Shown here in pieces: positions 12,625 through 25,968 of a stretch of DNA of 64,000 nt. The position numbers and the translations under genes were made by a program. The notes beneath the pieces are model-generated. The model saw only the letters and a program-made list of their open reading frames with translations, had not been told where the DNA came from and ran no database searches. Source of the stretch: Podarcis vaucheri (taxonomy: Eukaryota). The stretch lies in assembly GCA_965113315.1 (NCBI GenBank), contig OZ220363.1. One strand, written 5' to 3'. How positions within the stretch are numbered: the stretch's first letter is position 1; every line of letters begins with the position of its first letter.

Positions 12625-13248
12625 GTTTCACTGCTATCACATGCAGCATCAAGTCAAATATAGGCTGCCACAGCAATCTACCTTCCATCCACTTTCTGCC
12701 AAGGCCACCAAACATAGCAGGGCTGTGAGGTCAGTGGTGGCTATGCTGCTTCGTACAGTCTCATCAAACAAAATTGTGCTTAGTCATCCATTTAAATAAC
12801 ATGATAATACCAGATGACAGATAAATGATAGTAACATTTATTAATGGCAGCACATTAGCTGTTGCCAACAGATGGAAAACAATTAACCCACACTCGTATG
12901 CATGAAAACATTGGATATAGTTTATATGGTCAACTTCACCAACGTGACAAAAGAAAGAGAGAACAAAATGATCGGTTCATACTAAAGAGCGTCTTTCTCT
13001 CTTCAGTACTGGAATGACAAAGTGCAAACATGCTCTTGCTCTTCTCTTGTGCAATCTTATTAATCTACTTTTACTATCATTTGTTTCATATATATAAATT
13101 GCCACAGTACTATTCTATTTATTGTTCCTGGGGGGCGGATGTGAAATGAGACTGATGTTTTTCATATGAAAGGTAATAAGAAAAGGAAAAGTCAAGCAAA
13201 ACCTAAATGAACCCGAATAAAGAATTAAAAATGAAGAACTGGTGTTAC

Positions 13249-13383
13249 CCGCTATCCAATCCACTGCAATGCCTTCTACTCTTCCCAAACCATTTGTAAT
13301 GATGTCTTCCTTCCATGTCTGGTCCCTTCTAGCTCTGCTTATTTTGTTGAACCCCATGTCTGTCCAGTAGATTGTATCATTTC
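13249..13383 (-). CDS. LRP1B: LRP1B coding exon (~exon 36)
   Basis: 135 nt, TAG/GTAAC; [45 protein letters not shown]. Confidence 0.95.
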
Positions 13384-14168
13384 CTACAAAAGAAATATTA
13401 AAAATTAGCAATTATCAAAAATACAACCTTAAATCTGTAATAAATGAATCAACTTAAAACAAGATCTTGCGGGATGGGCTCAGTCTAATGGCGGCCTCTT
13501 CTTAGCACCTCAAGTGCATGGAGATGCCATTGATGAGAAACAGTGCCTCCATCATAGCTGCGTACATAGCTGCATACATAGCTGTGTACATAGCTGCTGT
13601 GATTTATGTAACTCTGCAAGACTGGGGGGGGGGGATGTTGGTACATATAAGCAGTGTACTTCATGAGCCGTCTTATTGACAGAAGTGTGAATACACATGG
13701 CAGTTCACCTTTTCTGTGAGCAAGAAAAGAATAGGTTTCCATTTTTACTGTTCATAAAAGGTTGAGCTATTTATCAAATGAGAAGATATGATGTTGTATA
13801 AGTTTGGTCCTCCAGGCAGTGTTGCCCTCCTTGGGATTGGGGGCACTGGGTTGGTGGCATTACACCCACCCCCACTCCCATGAGCCACTGTATTAAGTTT
13901 TTATGCACACTTGCCTTCCCCTTGTCCCTTCTAACAGTAACATAAGCATTCGTCTTTCAAATGTTTAGTTAGTATGGACATAATCTAGGTTGGCAAGTAT
14001 AGATCAACTCTGATAAAAGGTTTCATGTTCAGTTGCATCAAATATTCAGGACTTCTGCTCCCACCTTGAACTCACAAGTCGCTTCCAAAAAAGATTATGG
14101 TGACAATATTCCGTAACTGCTCAAGATGTTAAAATATGTGTAAAATAAAGATAAATATTTGTATTCAC

Positions 14169-14300
14169 CTGCATGAAAATCTATGCCCACAGCAAATGAG
14201 GCTCCTGATATAGGCATTAATGCATCTGTCTTATCATTTGGATCAAGAGGAACTCCTCTGATTCCTTCATGAACAGAATACATCAGGAATGATTCTATGC
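14169..14300 (-). CDS. LRP1B: LRP1B coding exon (~exon 35)
   Basis: 132 nt, TAG/GTGAA; [44 protein letters not shown]. Confidence 0.95.
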
Positions 14301-15837
14301 CTAAAGAAAACACACAGGCACAGAAACAGTAAAGATTAAAACCATTATGAATATCAGCAACTGGGGTGGATGGTGGGGTCTTCAAGGGACATTGGAAGGG
14401 AAAGAGGAATCAACATCAAACCTCATTAATAGCCTAATAGCTGTTTTGGGGATCTTATCTGATTAATGGTAGAACATATAAATGGAACACAAAAGTTCAT
14501 ACAAAAAAGTTGTATGAAAAAATAAGCACCTAATGCTACAATTCTATATCCATTTACCTAGGAATAAGTCTGAGGCAAATGGTTTCCTTTGGAACCAATC
14601 TGGTGTTTCTCCCAGTTCATGTGCACCATGACCACCTCCCTGGCCCCTCAACCCTTCCCTTCTCCCCCATGATAACTGACTGACTTGCTGGAAACCTAGC
14701 ATAGGGGCTACACCCCAGCTGGTGAGCTACTTCTAAATAGCACTATAATTCAATTACTCCAGTACCTTTGCATTCATTGGACAAAACTAAAGCTGAGCCA
14801 AAAACAAAACAAAGAAACAACATTTTTTTTTACAACATTTCTAAAATGTTAATTTCCACACACCCCCCCCAAAGAAACCCCTGTGGTGGCTGACATTTTC
14901 TCCATTTTGAGAGGCCATTTCCACATGGCTTTAAACAGAAAACGGCAAGGTGGGGGGAATTTTACTCTTACTAAGCACTTGGGCAGAATATTGCCTTCAC
15001 GTTTCCCCTTATATCTGCAAATATTAAAAGGATATATGGTTTCTTTCTATAAAATAAAATAAAAGCTTGATTTTCAAGGAAACTCCTGGAACATTGGGTA
15101 GTTTGTATGGTTTGCCCTGTGAAACGTCTACAAATATTGATTACTTTGAGCCAATGGTTTTCAAACTTTCTAAACTCAGAGAACATTTCCCACATTAACT
15201 TTCTTGCCTTGTAGAGGATTATGTGAACCGAGAATGAATCAAACATTAAAGAGGAACATCAATAATAGCAGACAAGCTGTCTTTCAAGAAACCATGTCCT
15301 TTCTTATAAAGAACCTCCTAATAAGCTTCCACGGAAACCTAGTGTTCCCAAGAACATAATTTAAAAGTGCTGTTTCAAGCAATTATTTCAGGGCATGTGT
15401 ACAACTTACTAACACACTGATATATTGCTGATGGAAAAGTTTGAAAATGCACAAAGAGAGAGTGAAATCAACTGTTACAATTTCTTTGGGCCTTTTGCAT
15501 ATTTCCATTTGTTTTTTTAGAAGCAACATGTCAGAAGGCTCCGAAATCACTAATTCTGAAACTGCAAGAACTAGCTTTCTGTTATCAACATCAAAATGCA
15601 GAGATTGGAATTACAACAAATCCCCATATTAGTTAATTTTGTAAATTCTATAAAGTTAGTATAGGAAAACCTGTAATAGCAATAACGTACCAAAAATACA
15701 CTCGGAAGGATCCAGAGTAACAATAGTCATTTTATTTCCCGACTATGAAGCAGTAGGAAATTACTCCAGTGCTTTTTATTTATTTCCTTTACTATGCATT
15801 ATTATTTTATTTTATTTTGGTAATAGTGAAGCTGTAC

Positions 15838-15963
15838 CTTGACACGACATACGGTTTTTCCGAAGGTTATAGCCTACAGTACACAAGCATGTCCGGGTTG
15901 ATTCTGAGGTTGGTAAGCAAAGTTGGGAACATCCTCCATTATTGTGTTGACATGAATTGCTAC
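15838..15963 (-). CDS. LRP1B: LRP1B coding exon (~exon 34): EGF repeat
   Basis: 126 nt, TAG/GTACA; [42 protein letters not shown]. Confidence 0.95.
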
Positions 15964-16822
15964 CTATAATACAATGGAGTTGGGGAGGGGGATGAAATAG
16001 AAAACAATGTAACAATTATGTGTGGAATACAAATACGTAAAGGCTAAACTACATGTGACCTTAATTGCTTAATTCTGCCCTTGAGTATAGGTTCTGTTCC
16101 ACAATAGCAGAGTAAAAGCTTTGATCCACATCGGTGCCCTAAAATTCACTTTAACCATTAGCCCCCATTGAAGTTCCAATCTGGGTTGGCTACCCACACC
16201 TACAGTTTGCATTGCAAAAACATTTTATTGTATCACTGTGGAGCAATTAAAACACCTTATGCACCACTCTAGGATCTTGACCCAGATTGGGCCTCCAGCA
16301 CTGGCAATCGGGGGACCAAAGGAACGCACTTCGAAGTAGACAAGTAGGACTATGCTTTTAGTCATGTAATGCTGACACGAATTTAAAACATATTTATATA
16401 GTATTTCAATTAAAAAGTAGGATTATATTTTTTTGGAAAATATTGCAGTGGCAAAATAATCATCAAATTCATTTAATTATGAAATGCAAGTTTTCTGTTT
16501 TCAGTCAATCATAATTGTATTTCAAATTTATGTACTTTTAAAGTCTTCAAACCATGAGGTTTTCAATATTTTACAGAGAAAAGTTATTAAAACCTTCTCT
16601 AATAAAATATTTTAACCACATGGCCGCTTTCCAAACTATTTGGCATTCCCCTCCCTTTAACTCTAATTATAAGTCAAGAAGTTTGTATTCTAGTAATGAA
16701 AGCTGCCACCCAGGGCAGAGTACACTTAAGCCCCATTCCCTTGACACTCTGGGGCCAACTGTGCCAGAGTGGGTGAGCAGCCAATAATTACCCAATATTA
16801 CCACATTTTTGCCAATTATGCA

Positions 16823-17257
16823 TGTAATGGGAATTGGGGTTGCTTGTGCGTAAACTGCAAACTGCTCCAAGCTGGTTGTATAGCTAAACCTTTCCCTGGT
16901 TTGACAGCCCTTACAACGCGACTGTCTCAGTCACTGGCAGAATCCGTCAGTGGGCGTTTCCTAAACTTCTTCCAACATAAAAATTCCTTGACTCCAAGTC
17001 TCCTCCTAGATTCTCTGGGCGGAAGCTTTCTGCGCAGCGTAGGCATGCCAAGCGGAGGTCCTGTGCTCTCTCCGCTGATCTCACTGGAAGAGTCTCGGAG
17101 CCTCCCCTCCGCAGTACTCTCAGCCTCCCCTTTCTCCCTGGTGTCCCCTGGATTTCCTTCCCCAGCGGAAGCTCTCTCTCTCTCCTTGCTAGTTCCCTCC
17201 CCTGCATCATTGGAGAGTCTTACCTCTCCTCTTGCCTCTGATGGCAGTTCCCTGACA
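16823..17257 (-). mobile_element. Gypsy solo LTR (435 bp) related to the LTR at 62477
   Basis: Minus strand TGTCAGGGAACTG...TTACA; perfect 5-bp TSD ATGCA (16818-16822, 17258-17262). Confidence 0.93.
16927..17256 (-). CDS. LTR-encoded ATG-less ORF (109 codons), putative C-terminal extension of the retrotransposon polyprotein
   Basis: Open from LTR base 2; C-terminus LRRKLPPRESRRRLGVKEFLCWKKFRKRPLTDSASD* conserved with 62478-62825. Confidence 0.65.
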   Translation of the reverse strand, partial: VRELPSEARGEVRLSNDAGEGTSKERERASAGEGNPGDTREKGEAESTAEGRLRDSSSEISGESTGPPLGMPTLRRKLPPRESRRRLGVKEFLCWKKFRKRPLTDSASD

Positions 17258-18069
17258 ATGCAGATAACAATTAATATCAAAATAGTTCCAATTAATTCTA
17301 TATTTATACAATTTAATCAAAGTGGTTTCCCGTGCTCCTTGATCAATGTTTATTTGTCCAGTTCTTATATTGCTGTGTTTCATTTTTTCCCCTTAACTTC
17401 TAATTACATTTCAGTTGGTATATTAATCGTTAAGGTAACAGCTACATTTTAAGTGAATACTATTCGAGTTATTACATTATCTAACTTTTCATAGGATTTC
17501 AAAAGAGGTGCTCTAATTATTTTCCTTTTCTCTGTCTGAATATATCCAGTTATAAAGTCCTTGGCCTTTGTTCACTGTCCCATTCTTGAAATTCCTCCAA
17601 ATGCTTTTGTCTCTCAGCGTAGCTGGGGTGGGGCTATAATCTTGGAGAATTCTCAGAATATCTCATTAGCTCCCTCCCATCGTGCTCTCATCTTGCTCAA
17701 TGTTTCTGGACAACAACATACTCCAACAGTCCACTCTTTCTCACTACTCAGTCAAGAGTGTTGAAGTTTCCACAGCCTGAGAAAAAGGGATCCGACTTCC
17801 ACCACAGGACATCTTGCAGTACTTCATTTTAATTAATCACCATCAGCGTCTTCATGCCTCCCTCGTCTGCTGCCCCTAATCTTTATGACTGCATTTTGGC
17901 CAAAGTCCACTTGAGTTATATCTCTTTTCTGTTGTTCTTAAGGGTGGTAGAGGTGGTATCTGCTCTAATTTCCCAAGATAATCCATTCCAGCCGTAGAGC
18001 TCTCTTCTCCTTCTATTTCTTTAAACCACATGCAGATAACTGTTGTTTTAATCACAGGCTTTATTCCAT

Positions 18070-18261
18070 TTGTTGGTGTTTAGTCGTTTAGTCGTGTCTG
18101 ACTCTTCTTGACCCCATGGACCAGAGCACGCCAGGCACTCCTGTCTTCCACTGCCTCCCTCAGTTTGGTCAAACTCATACTGGTAGCTTCGAGAACACTA
18201 TCCAACCATCCCATCCTCTGTTGTCCCCTTCTCCTTGTGCCCTCCATCTTTCCCAGCATCC
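18070..18261 (-). mobile_element. Bov-B (RTE LINE) 3' fragment
   Basis: GTTTAGTCGTGTCTGACTC...TCCCAGCATC Bov-B 3' signature; 15-bp TSD CAGGCTTTATTCCAT. Confidence 0.88.
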
Positions 18262-19471
18262 CAGGCTTTATTCCATACTGCAGACCAACTTCATTTTATA
18301 TCTTTAAGATTTTGCATCTGGAAAGGGTTGCCAAATCATTCATAAAGAAACTCAAAGTAAACAGGAAACCAGAGGCTCTCCTCTTTGCCATCCACCGCCC
18401 ACACCAAATAAAATATTTTCCCAGTTCCAAACCTCAGATCAATGCAGCTGGGTAATTCCACAGTTCTGATGACAACAGCTTCTCTTGGAGTGTGCCTGAC
18501 TTTAAAGCCAGTTAGAAATCCAATTTAACAGGAGAACTTCTGCTTCTTAATGGCGGCATAGGAGGGTTTTGCCAGGCAAAGTGCTTTTTGCACTCAGAGC
18601 CTTCCTGCCGCCCTCATTCCATGCCAGAGTGAGAACTGTAAGTGAAGCCTGCTCCTCCCTTCCCTGAGAGGAATTTCCAAGAATAATTGACCCTCTACCA
18701 TTCTTTTCTTCCTTCGCTTTCTACCCCCACGGTCTTGTGGGGGCTACCTCCATTAAGGCAGACAGGTACCGGGAACCAGAATTATAAAATTTTAGAGCTG
18801 GAAGGAACTGCTTGTAGTATATGAAATCCAGCTGGTGAATTAGGCAAAGTTGTAGTTACAATGTTTGTAAAATGGAAAAAAAGAGGAGAATCGTTAGACT
18901 TCAATACATAATAAAGGAGTTGGGGTCCTTTAGACCTTCCATTCAAGGGCAACAGGCTCAATGAAGAACAGACAGGAGTTCTTATTGAGGCCTTATCTGC
19001 AGATAATTGATGCTAAATGAAGTTTTTGCTTTTATTAAATTCAAAGTTGATATAAAGTTATGATGTTGCCTTTATTAAACCCAAGCAATGTGTGGTGTCT
19101 CCTCCTTTTCATTAGTGGTTCGGGTTACAAATACTAGTATGGAAATAGTTATATTCCATTTATTTGGTACTAATACAACTGATCTATCATCAAGAGCAGA
19201 TGTCCTAAGTTGAGCTTCCTTCAATGAAAGTACTTCTGCCATTCAATGGATGGGGATTCAATTCAGTGAAGAGGAGACACAGTATTTATTGATTCTCCTG
19301 CACTCTCTGCCCCACCTTTTAGGCTGCTCCAGAGGGCTTCTGAACCCTTTGGAGAGAAAAATTCAGGGGACACAAGGAAATAATAGCAGGAAAGAATAAC
19401 TGGTGAAAATAACTTCTTTGATTCTATTTGTGAGAGAAGAGTGGAGCAAACCATTCAACTGATCATAATCA

Positions 19472-19720
<249 letters not shown>

Positions 19721-20169
19721 TTATTTATGAAGTAAAATGTTTTTAATATATTATTTTATTTTTAAAAATGCCTCTCTCTGCACCTAAGCATTTTTAATGA
19801 ACAATAAATAATATCATGTGGGTGGTTGGATTTATTTATTTGATATACCACCCTTCATCCGAAGATCACAAAGCAGTTTACAACATAAACACACCAAAAA
19901 ACCCACAAAATACATAGCCAAATAGCAAAAACAATACCACCCATCCAATGCATTAAAATAAGACCTATGAACAATGACAGTTCTATAACGTTACAGTGTT
20001 AAAAATGGCAAAGATTTGTCAAATACCTAAAGCCTCTTTTTTTTTTACAATTCTCTGTCACCCTATTAATAATAATTAAGATAAATAACAATTAGAAAGT
20101 ACCGGTAATACTGTTTAATTAAGCGCAATGCATGATGCTGTATGAGCAGCACCACAGCTAGAAATACGA

Positions 20170-20703
20170 AGCAAAATACCATACCTTAGAGTTCCGGAAA
20201 CAGTTTTGATGGTTTTTTTGTTCAGAATCAAAACTATTCCAGGAACTCTAAGGGACCAAATTTGTCTATTATGTCTAGAAGAAAGGCATTATATTATAAC
20301 ACTGGGTACCAGGCTCTCAGCACAAGTGGCGGTTCACCCCCTAGCTCCAGCATTAAAATATAGCCAACCCACTCAAAAAGCCCCAAAAGATTGGCTGTCG
20401 GTAAGAGATTACATGAAAAAACCGCATTGTTTTCAAACTATATCCTGGTTATGTTTTGACTAAATCTTGTAAAGAGTATTATTGAAAGAGAAAGAATTGG
20501 GAGACTTAAAACAAAATGACACAGTGAGGGGGAAAAATTGCAAAAGGAAAGCCGCAGTGAGGTGGTAGGAAGTCACGGGTGGGAAAAGATTTGTATGGGT
20601 AGATGTATAATGTATTAATTTAAGGAATTATTTTGTAATTCCTCAAGAATATATGTATATGTACAATCTATACTCAATAAAAACTAAACTTTAAACAAAT
20701 AAA
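20170..20703 (+). mobile_element. Probable L1 3'-end remnant
   Basis: Degenerate sequence ending in AATAAA and an A-rich tail; family call by resemblance only. Confidence 0.4.
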
Positions 20704-21666
20704 TAGTCCCATCTGCTGTTGAAAATCATTGTAACTGGACAAGTGCGGCTCAAAAGCTGGTATATTATACAGAATCATCATGCAAGTTGCCTTTTAAAAA
20801 CACAGAGCAGGCCAGCACTATCAATGGCTCCAGAACTAATTCCTGGGAGTTATGAGACCAGTCCCAGCAACCTATGACAACTTGTGCTTGTAAAATGGCT
20901 GGTAAGGGGAAAAGCAAGAAGGAGCAGAGACTTTAGAGGACATGTCTACTGCTGTTGCTTTTTCGTTTTTTGAAAGGGGAACTCTTTATGAAGGCAAATG
21001 CCAGACAATCAAATAAGTTCACCACCAAAGCTATGACTCAGGCACCTACTTTCTCACCATGTATTTATTTATCTTACTAAATAATTTCTACCACAAACTT
21101 CAAGATCAGGTTTCCGGGCAGTTTACAAATAAAATGATAAAACTCTATCATTACAAAAATGCAACCAAATGCAGTTAAAAGCAGTATTATTATTATTTTT
21201 AAAAAACACCCCAAAACCACAGTGTAAAAGTCCTTCACAGCACAGACTTATACATACATACTCTTTAAGTAAGAACAATTGAGTTCCCTGGTAAATGTGC
21301 ATAGGATCACAGGCTTAGGACTAATTTCTTAGTTCTTACTAAAAAGCCCAAACATTTTTAAAAGCCTAGAATAAAAAAGGGTCCAGAACACACATGTGAA
21401 GGAAGTGGATTTTGCTATCCTGGATTGACCATAGGTCAATACTTGTAGGTATTGTTGCATAATTTACATGTATGGGAAAATATGTCTTTCTCATATGGAC
21501 TGTTGCATCTTGTATGGGGGCGCATATTTTTACCTGTCTGTTCATTTGGGAGATTGTCATGTTAATGTGGACTTCCCCCTTTATAATGGGACTTCCTTTC
21601 GCTCTCCTATCCTCATACCTCATGCCCCTCAAATCTCCTAGGAAAGGCTGGAGGAACCAGGAAGTA

Positions 21667-21925
21667 CCGTATATTTTGCTCTATAAGACTCACTTTTTCC
21701 CTCCTAAAAAGTAAGTGGAAATGTGTGTGCGTCTTAGGGAGCGAATGCAGGCTGCACAGCTATCCCAGAAGCCAGAACAGGAAGCGGGATCGCTGCTTTC
21801 ACTGCACAGTGATCCCTCTTGCTGTTCTGGCTTCTGGGATTCAGAATATTTTTTTTCTTGTTTTCCTCCTCCCAAAACTAGGTGCGTCTTATGGTCTGGT
21901 GCGTCTTATGGAATGAAAAATACGG
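21667..21925. mobile_element. Tc1/mariner-pogo MITE
   Basis: TA|CCGTAT...ATACGG|TA; long internal hairpin; inverse copy at 55945. Confidence 0.85.
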
Positions 21926-22284
21926 TATTTAAGCAAATACTTCCTGGAAAAAAGTTCTTGCACTAATGGGATGACTTTGTTGGATAAAACCCTTTGTTCT
22001 CTTACTGTGGTCTGCTTTGTATAACTTATATTCTGTTTTATGTAATTGTCTAAGTTTTTTTTAAAAAAATTAATTGATTGTTATAAATTGCCTTAGAGAT
22101 CATATGGTCAAAAAGTGGGATGTAATTAAATAATGCATACATTAAATAAACATTAATAAAATAGGTAAATTGAATTAATATTTTCTCTTGCTGAAAAAAG
22201 CTCATTATTTTCAATCAGAAAACACAGTATCATCAGTATGTTATTGAAGGGTTCACACAGGAATTCTAAATATGAATAATAATC

Positions 22285-23345
22285 AACTGACAGCTGTGAA
22301 AAAGGCAAATTCCATACTTGGGATCATTAGTAAAGGAACTGAAAATAAAACTACCTCTATCATCAGTAGTACAGAGATGTTTGGACAAACAAGGTGACTC
22401 CAAGCAGGGGAGTAGGAAGGGGGCGGGGGGGGCAATTATACAAATCTATGGTGCAACTGCATTTGGAATAATGTGCACAGTTCTGGTTGTCTCATATCAA
22501 AAAGGATATTCTTGAGTTGGAGAAAGATTTTGAAATGGGCAATGAAAACAATCAAGGGGCTGGAACAATTCTCCTGTGAGGAAAGATTTCAGCATGAATG
22601 GCTTTTTGGTTTAGAGGAAAGGTAAGAGGTGACGTGACAGAAGTTTATAATATGATGCATGGCATGGAGAAAGTGGATACAGAATTTTTTTCCTCCTCCC
22701 TCTCTCATGACACTAGAACTCATGTGAAGCTGTATGTTGAAAGATCCAGTTCTTCAGCACGCAGAACACAGGTAAACTCATAGCAGGGAGCAACAGCCAC
22801 TAATTTAGATGGGTTTCTAAGAAAGGGTTAGACAAATTCTCAGAAGATAATTTTATCGGTAGCTAGTACCATAACTGAAGGGACATGGGTGGCGCTGTGG
22901 GTTAAACCACAGAGCCTAGGACTTGCCGATCAGAAGGTTGGCGGTTCGAATCCCCACAATGGGGTGAGCTCCCGCTGCCCTTTCCCTGCTCCTGCCAACC
23001 TAGCAGTTCAAAAGCAAGTCAAAGTGCAAGTAGATAAATAGGTACCACTCTGGCGGGAAAGTAAACGGCGTTTCCATGCACTGCTCTGGTTCGCCAGAAG
23101 TGGCTTAGTCCTGCTGGCCACATGACCCAGAAGCTGTACACCGGCTCCCTCGGCCAGTAAAGCGAGATGAGCGCCGCAACCCCAGAGTTGGTCATGACTG
23201 GACCTTTACCTTTAGTACCATAACTATGCTGTGCTGCCACGGTCAGAGGCAATATGCTTCTGAATATCACTCGCTGTAAACCACAGGAGGGGAGGGTGTT
23301 CTTGTGCTTGTGGGTTTCACACAGGCATCTGGTTGGCAGTGTGCC
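22285..23345 (+). mobile_element. CR1 LINE 3' fragment interrupted by a Sauria SINE
   Basis: Degenerate KKANSILGII and YKSMV.LHLE.CAQFW ORF2 C-terminus plus 3' UTR; ends approximate. Confidence 0.75.
22877..23212 (+). mobile_element. Sauria SINE
   Basis: GGGACATGGGTGGCGCTGTGG head, GGTTCGAATCC B-box, ACCTTT tail; 13-bp TSD TAGTACCATAACT. Confidence 0.92.
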
Positions 23346-25457
23346 CCTTACAAGGCCTGCCCCACTCCATACCTCCCATTGCTCAGAACCATTGCAAGTG
23401 GAGTCCTCCACTGCTCTCCCCAGCTCCCCTCTTCCAAGGCACATCCTACCTCCCTTAATTAAAGGCAACCCCCCCAATTAAAACACACAAATATTAAAAA
23501 GCAGTTAAAACAACTTTAAACCTTTTAAACAATATGGGCAAGGCTATCCCCAGGGAATATGATGTTATGGGGGCGGCCCTTGCCCTTGCCTCCCTCCAAA
23601 GCCATTCCCCCGAAAAAGGAGACCTCGTCAGCCCAGGTCTCGTTATAGCCTCGCTCCCCTAGCAGATTGAGGCAATGTGGGCTCTCAACCAGTCAGTCTG
23701 CAGGGGGTGGGGCAGGCATCTCTCTGCTGGCCAAAGGTGCAAAATGGCAGGCTTCCTGAAGAGGAAGCAGTTAGGTCTCATAAGGTCTTATTAAGATGCT
23801 GCCTCTTGACATATCTGCTTAAGTGCCGTGTAATGAGGCAACAAACACGTGTCATTAATAACAAATAGCAAAGTCATTTGTCATCACAAGTCCTAGCTAT
23901 TAGAAGCGTTCTTTATTGTTTGCTGAATTGCCTGACAGCCAATAAGCCCTTATCACTAATTAACATTGCAAAAATATGCTCTCAGAACATCAGGTCAGTA
24001 CCTTCACCCTGGTCTACCTAGTGATATGCTAATGTCCCCAAGGGGATAGAGTCCTGTTTCATCATAGAATGTCTTAGGTCAGCTTTCCACAGAGAACAAC
24101 AAAGTCTAAACAGTTCCCTAATTCCACTTTTAATTAATTTACAACTCAATAGCCCAACAACCTATAATACTCAGCCTCCTTTCTCCAGGCTCTCACACAA
24201 AACACACAACCTCACCCAAGGTTTCATCTCCTCCCCACTCTCCACTTTTGTGCTTTTATTGAATCAACCAAGAAAAAAGTAATTTCTGGGGCTGAACCAA
24301 AGTTCACAAATGAGAACATTTGGCTCAAATTTTAGGAGGGGGCAAAAATCACTCTCCTGAAAATAGGTATGACTTGAAGGGTTAAAATTCTTTTAAAAAA
24401 TTTTCAGGAGGCTTATCCTTGGTGGTGGTGATGCAGCAGTCCTTGCCATTCCCTCCCCCTTTCTTTATTCTAACTCTGCCAACCATGGGAGTGACAGAGC
24501 TGCTCTCGGCAGCCAAATCTGCCCCTCCCCTGCAAATGGCCTGTTGTAGTACAACTCGAGGACATTATGGGGACATCAGTGGCACCCACCCACTCCTATT
24601 GAAGCCAATTCCCTTTTAATTCCTCTTCAATTGCTTTTTAAATTTAGAAGACACTATATTGCAATAGTGCAATAAAGCGGTCTGCTGATCCCATATATAT
24701 TTGATATTTTGTAAATCAGGCATATCTACATATAATTAATTTACTTTAAAAAAATACTCTTCAAGCAAACATGAGAACAGAAAAGCAAAGCAGCTATGAT
24801 TAACAGAAAATCAAAGCAGCTAAGATTAACAGAACAAACTTAAACATGTCTACGCAGCAATATTTCCCGCTGCACTCGTGGAAGGGGTGGCCTTTTGATC
24901 CAACAGACATGTCTACTGCTGAAAGGGGAGGAGAGTATTGTCATTTTGTCTTTCCCCCTCCCCCTATGTCACCCTCTTATGGAAAATCACCCAATTTTTG
25001 AAGTTGGTTTTCAGAGGATGCAGGGTTGAGGGGGAATCAGTAAAATATGCCTCCCCTCTTTTTCTGTCAGAGGCATAAGGGCATCAAAAGGATCCCAGTC
25101 ATTGAGTTCAATGGGGGTTATCACCCGGCAAGTAGGTATAGGATTGGAGCCCAAATATATGTATCACGTCATCTCATATATACCAATGGCTTAGACTCGT
25201 TCTTTTCTTACTCATAATGCATAGAAATTCAAAGTGTTTATTAAAAATCTATACAGATGCTTTGTGCATACATTGTGAATGCCTCACTGAACCACAGTAA
25301 TAATGAATGCATTTCCCCCCTAACACTTTAAACAGATCTACAGGTTAATTAAATTCAAATGTGATGGTATCCACTTCCTGTGCAATATGATAAATTTATA
25401 AAATGATAATGGCATCTCCTAAAGCAATGATTCTGTGGAAAGATTGCTCTATACACA

Positions 25458-25468
25458 TTATTATTATT

Positions 25469-25514
<46 letters not shown>
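25458..25514. repeat. Compound (TTA)n(TTG)n microsatellite
   Basis: Directly visible. Confidence 0.95.
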
Positions 25515-25515
<1 letters not shown>

Positions 25516-25931
25516 AAATGTTCCTGAAGAGGTACAATGAATGTGCTTTTACAGCCACTGGCATGGACATAAGATGGGGACAGCAACAGCATTAAATAAA
25601 ACAATGGATCTATGAAAGAGAATTTCTAATTATGGGACAGATCATCAAACCTGTCCCAGTTCTGTTAGATGGATATAGAACAACAACATGCAAATTGAGA
25701 AAAAGTTAGGCAACACTATCCTCTGCTGTTCACTCCAGCTTTGTTGATTTAAGACAAGGTGTTACCTAAACTTTCAACAAGGACTCCCTGCTTGGTCAAT
25801 TCCAATGTGGTTTGTCTTGTCTATGAGTGAAGCTCTTGTGAGTCTCCAGTACTAAGGCAAATTCTATTCACTATAACAAACACTTTCACCCTTCCTACGT
25901 TATTTATGATTGATCAAAACTCACAGTACTG

Positions 25932-25932
<1 letters not shown>

Positions 25933-25968
<36 letters not shown>
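25933..25968. repeat. (ATTG)9 microsatellite
   Basis: Directly visible. Confidence 0.95.

Noticed and set aside
13553-13597. 12-bp tandem repeat (CATAGCTGYRTA), about 3.5 copies
   Set aside because: Ordinary short intronic minisatellite with no further structure.
16769-17452. 227-aa plus-strand Ser/Leu/Pro-rich ORF
   Set aside because: Antisense shadow of the purine-rich LTR ORF running into flanking DNA; the conserved frame is on the other strand.
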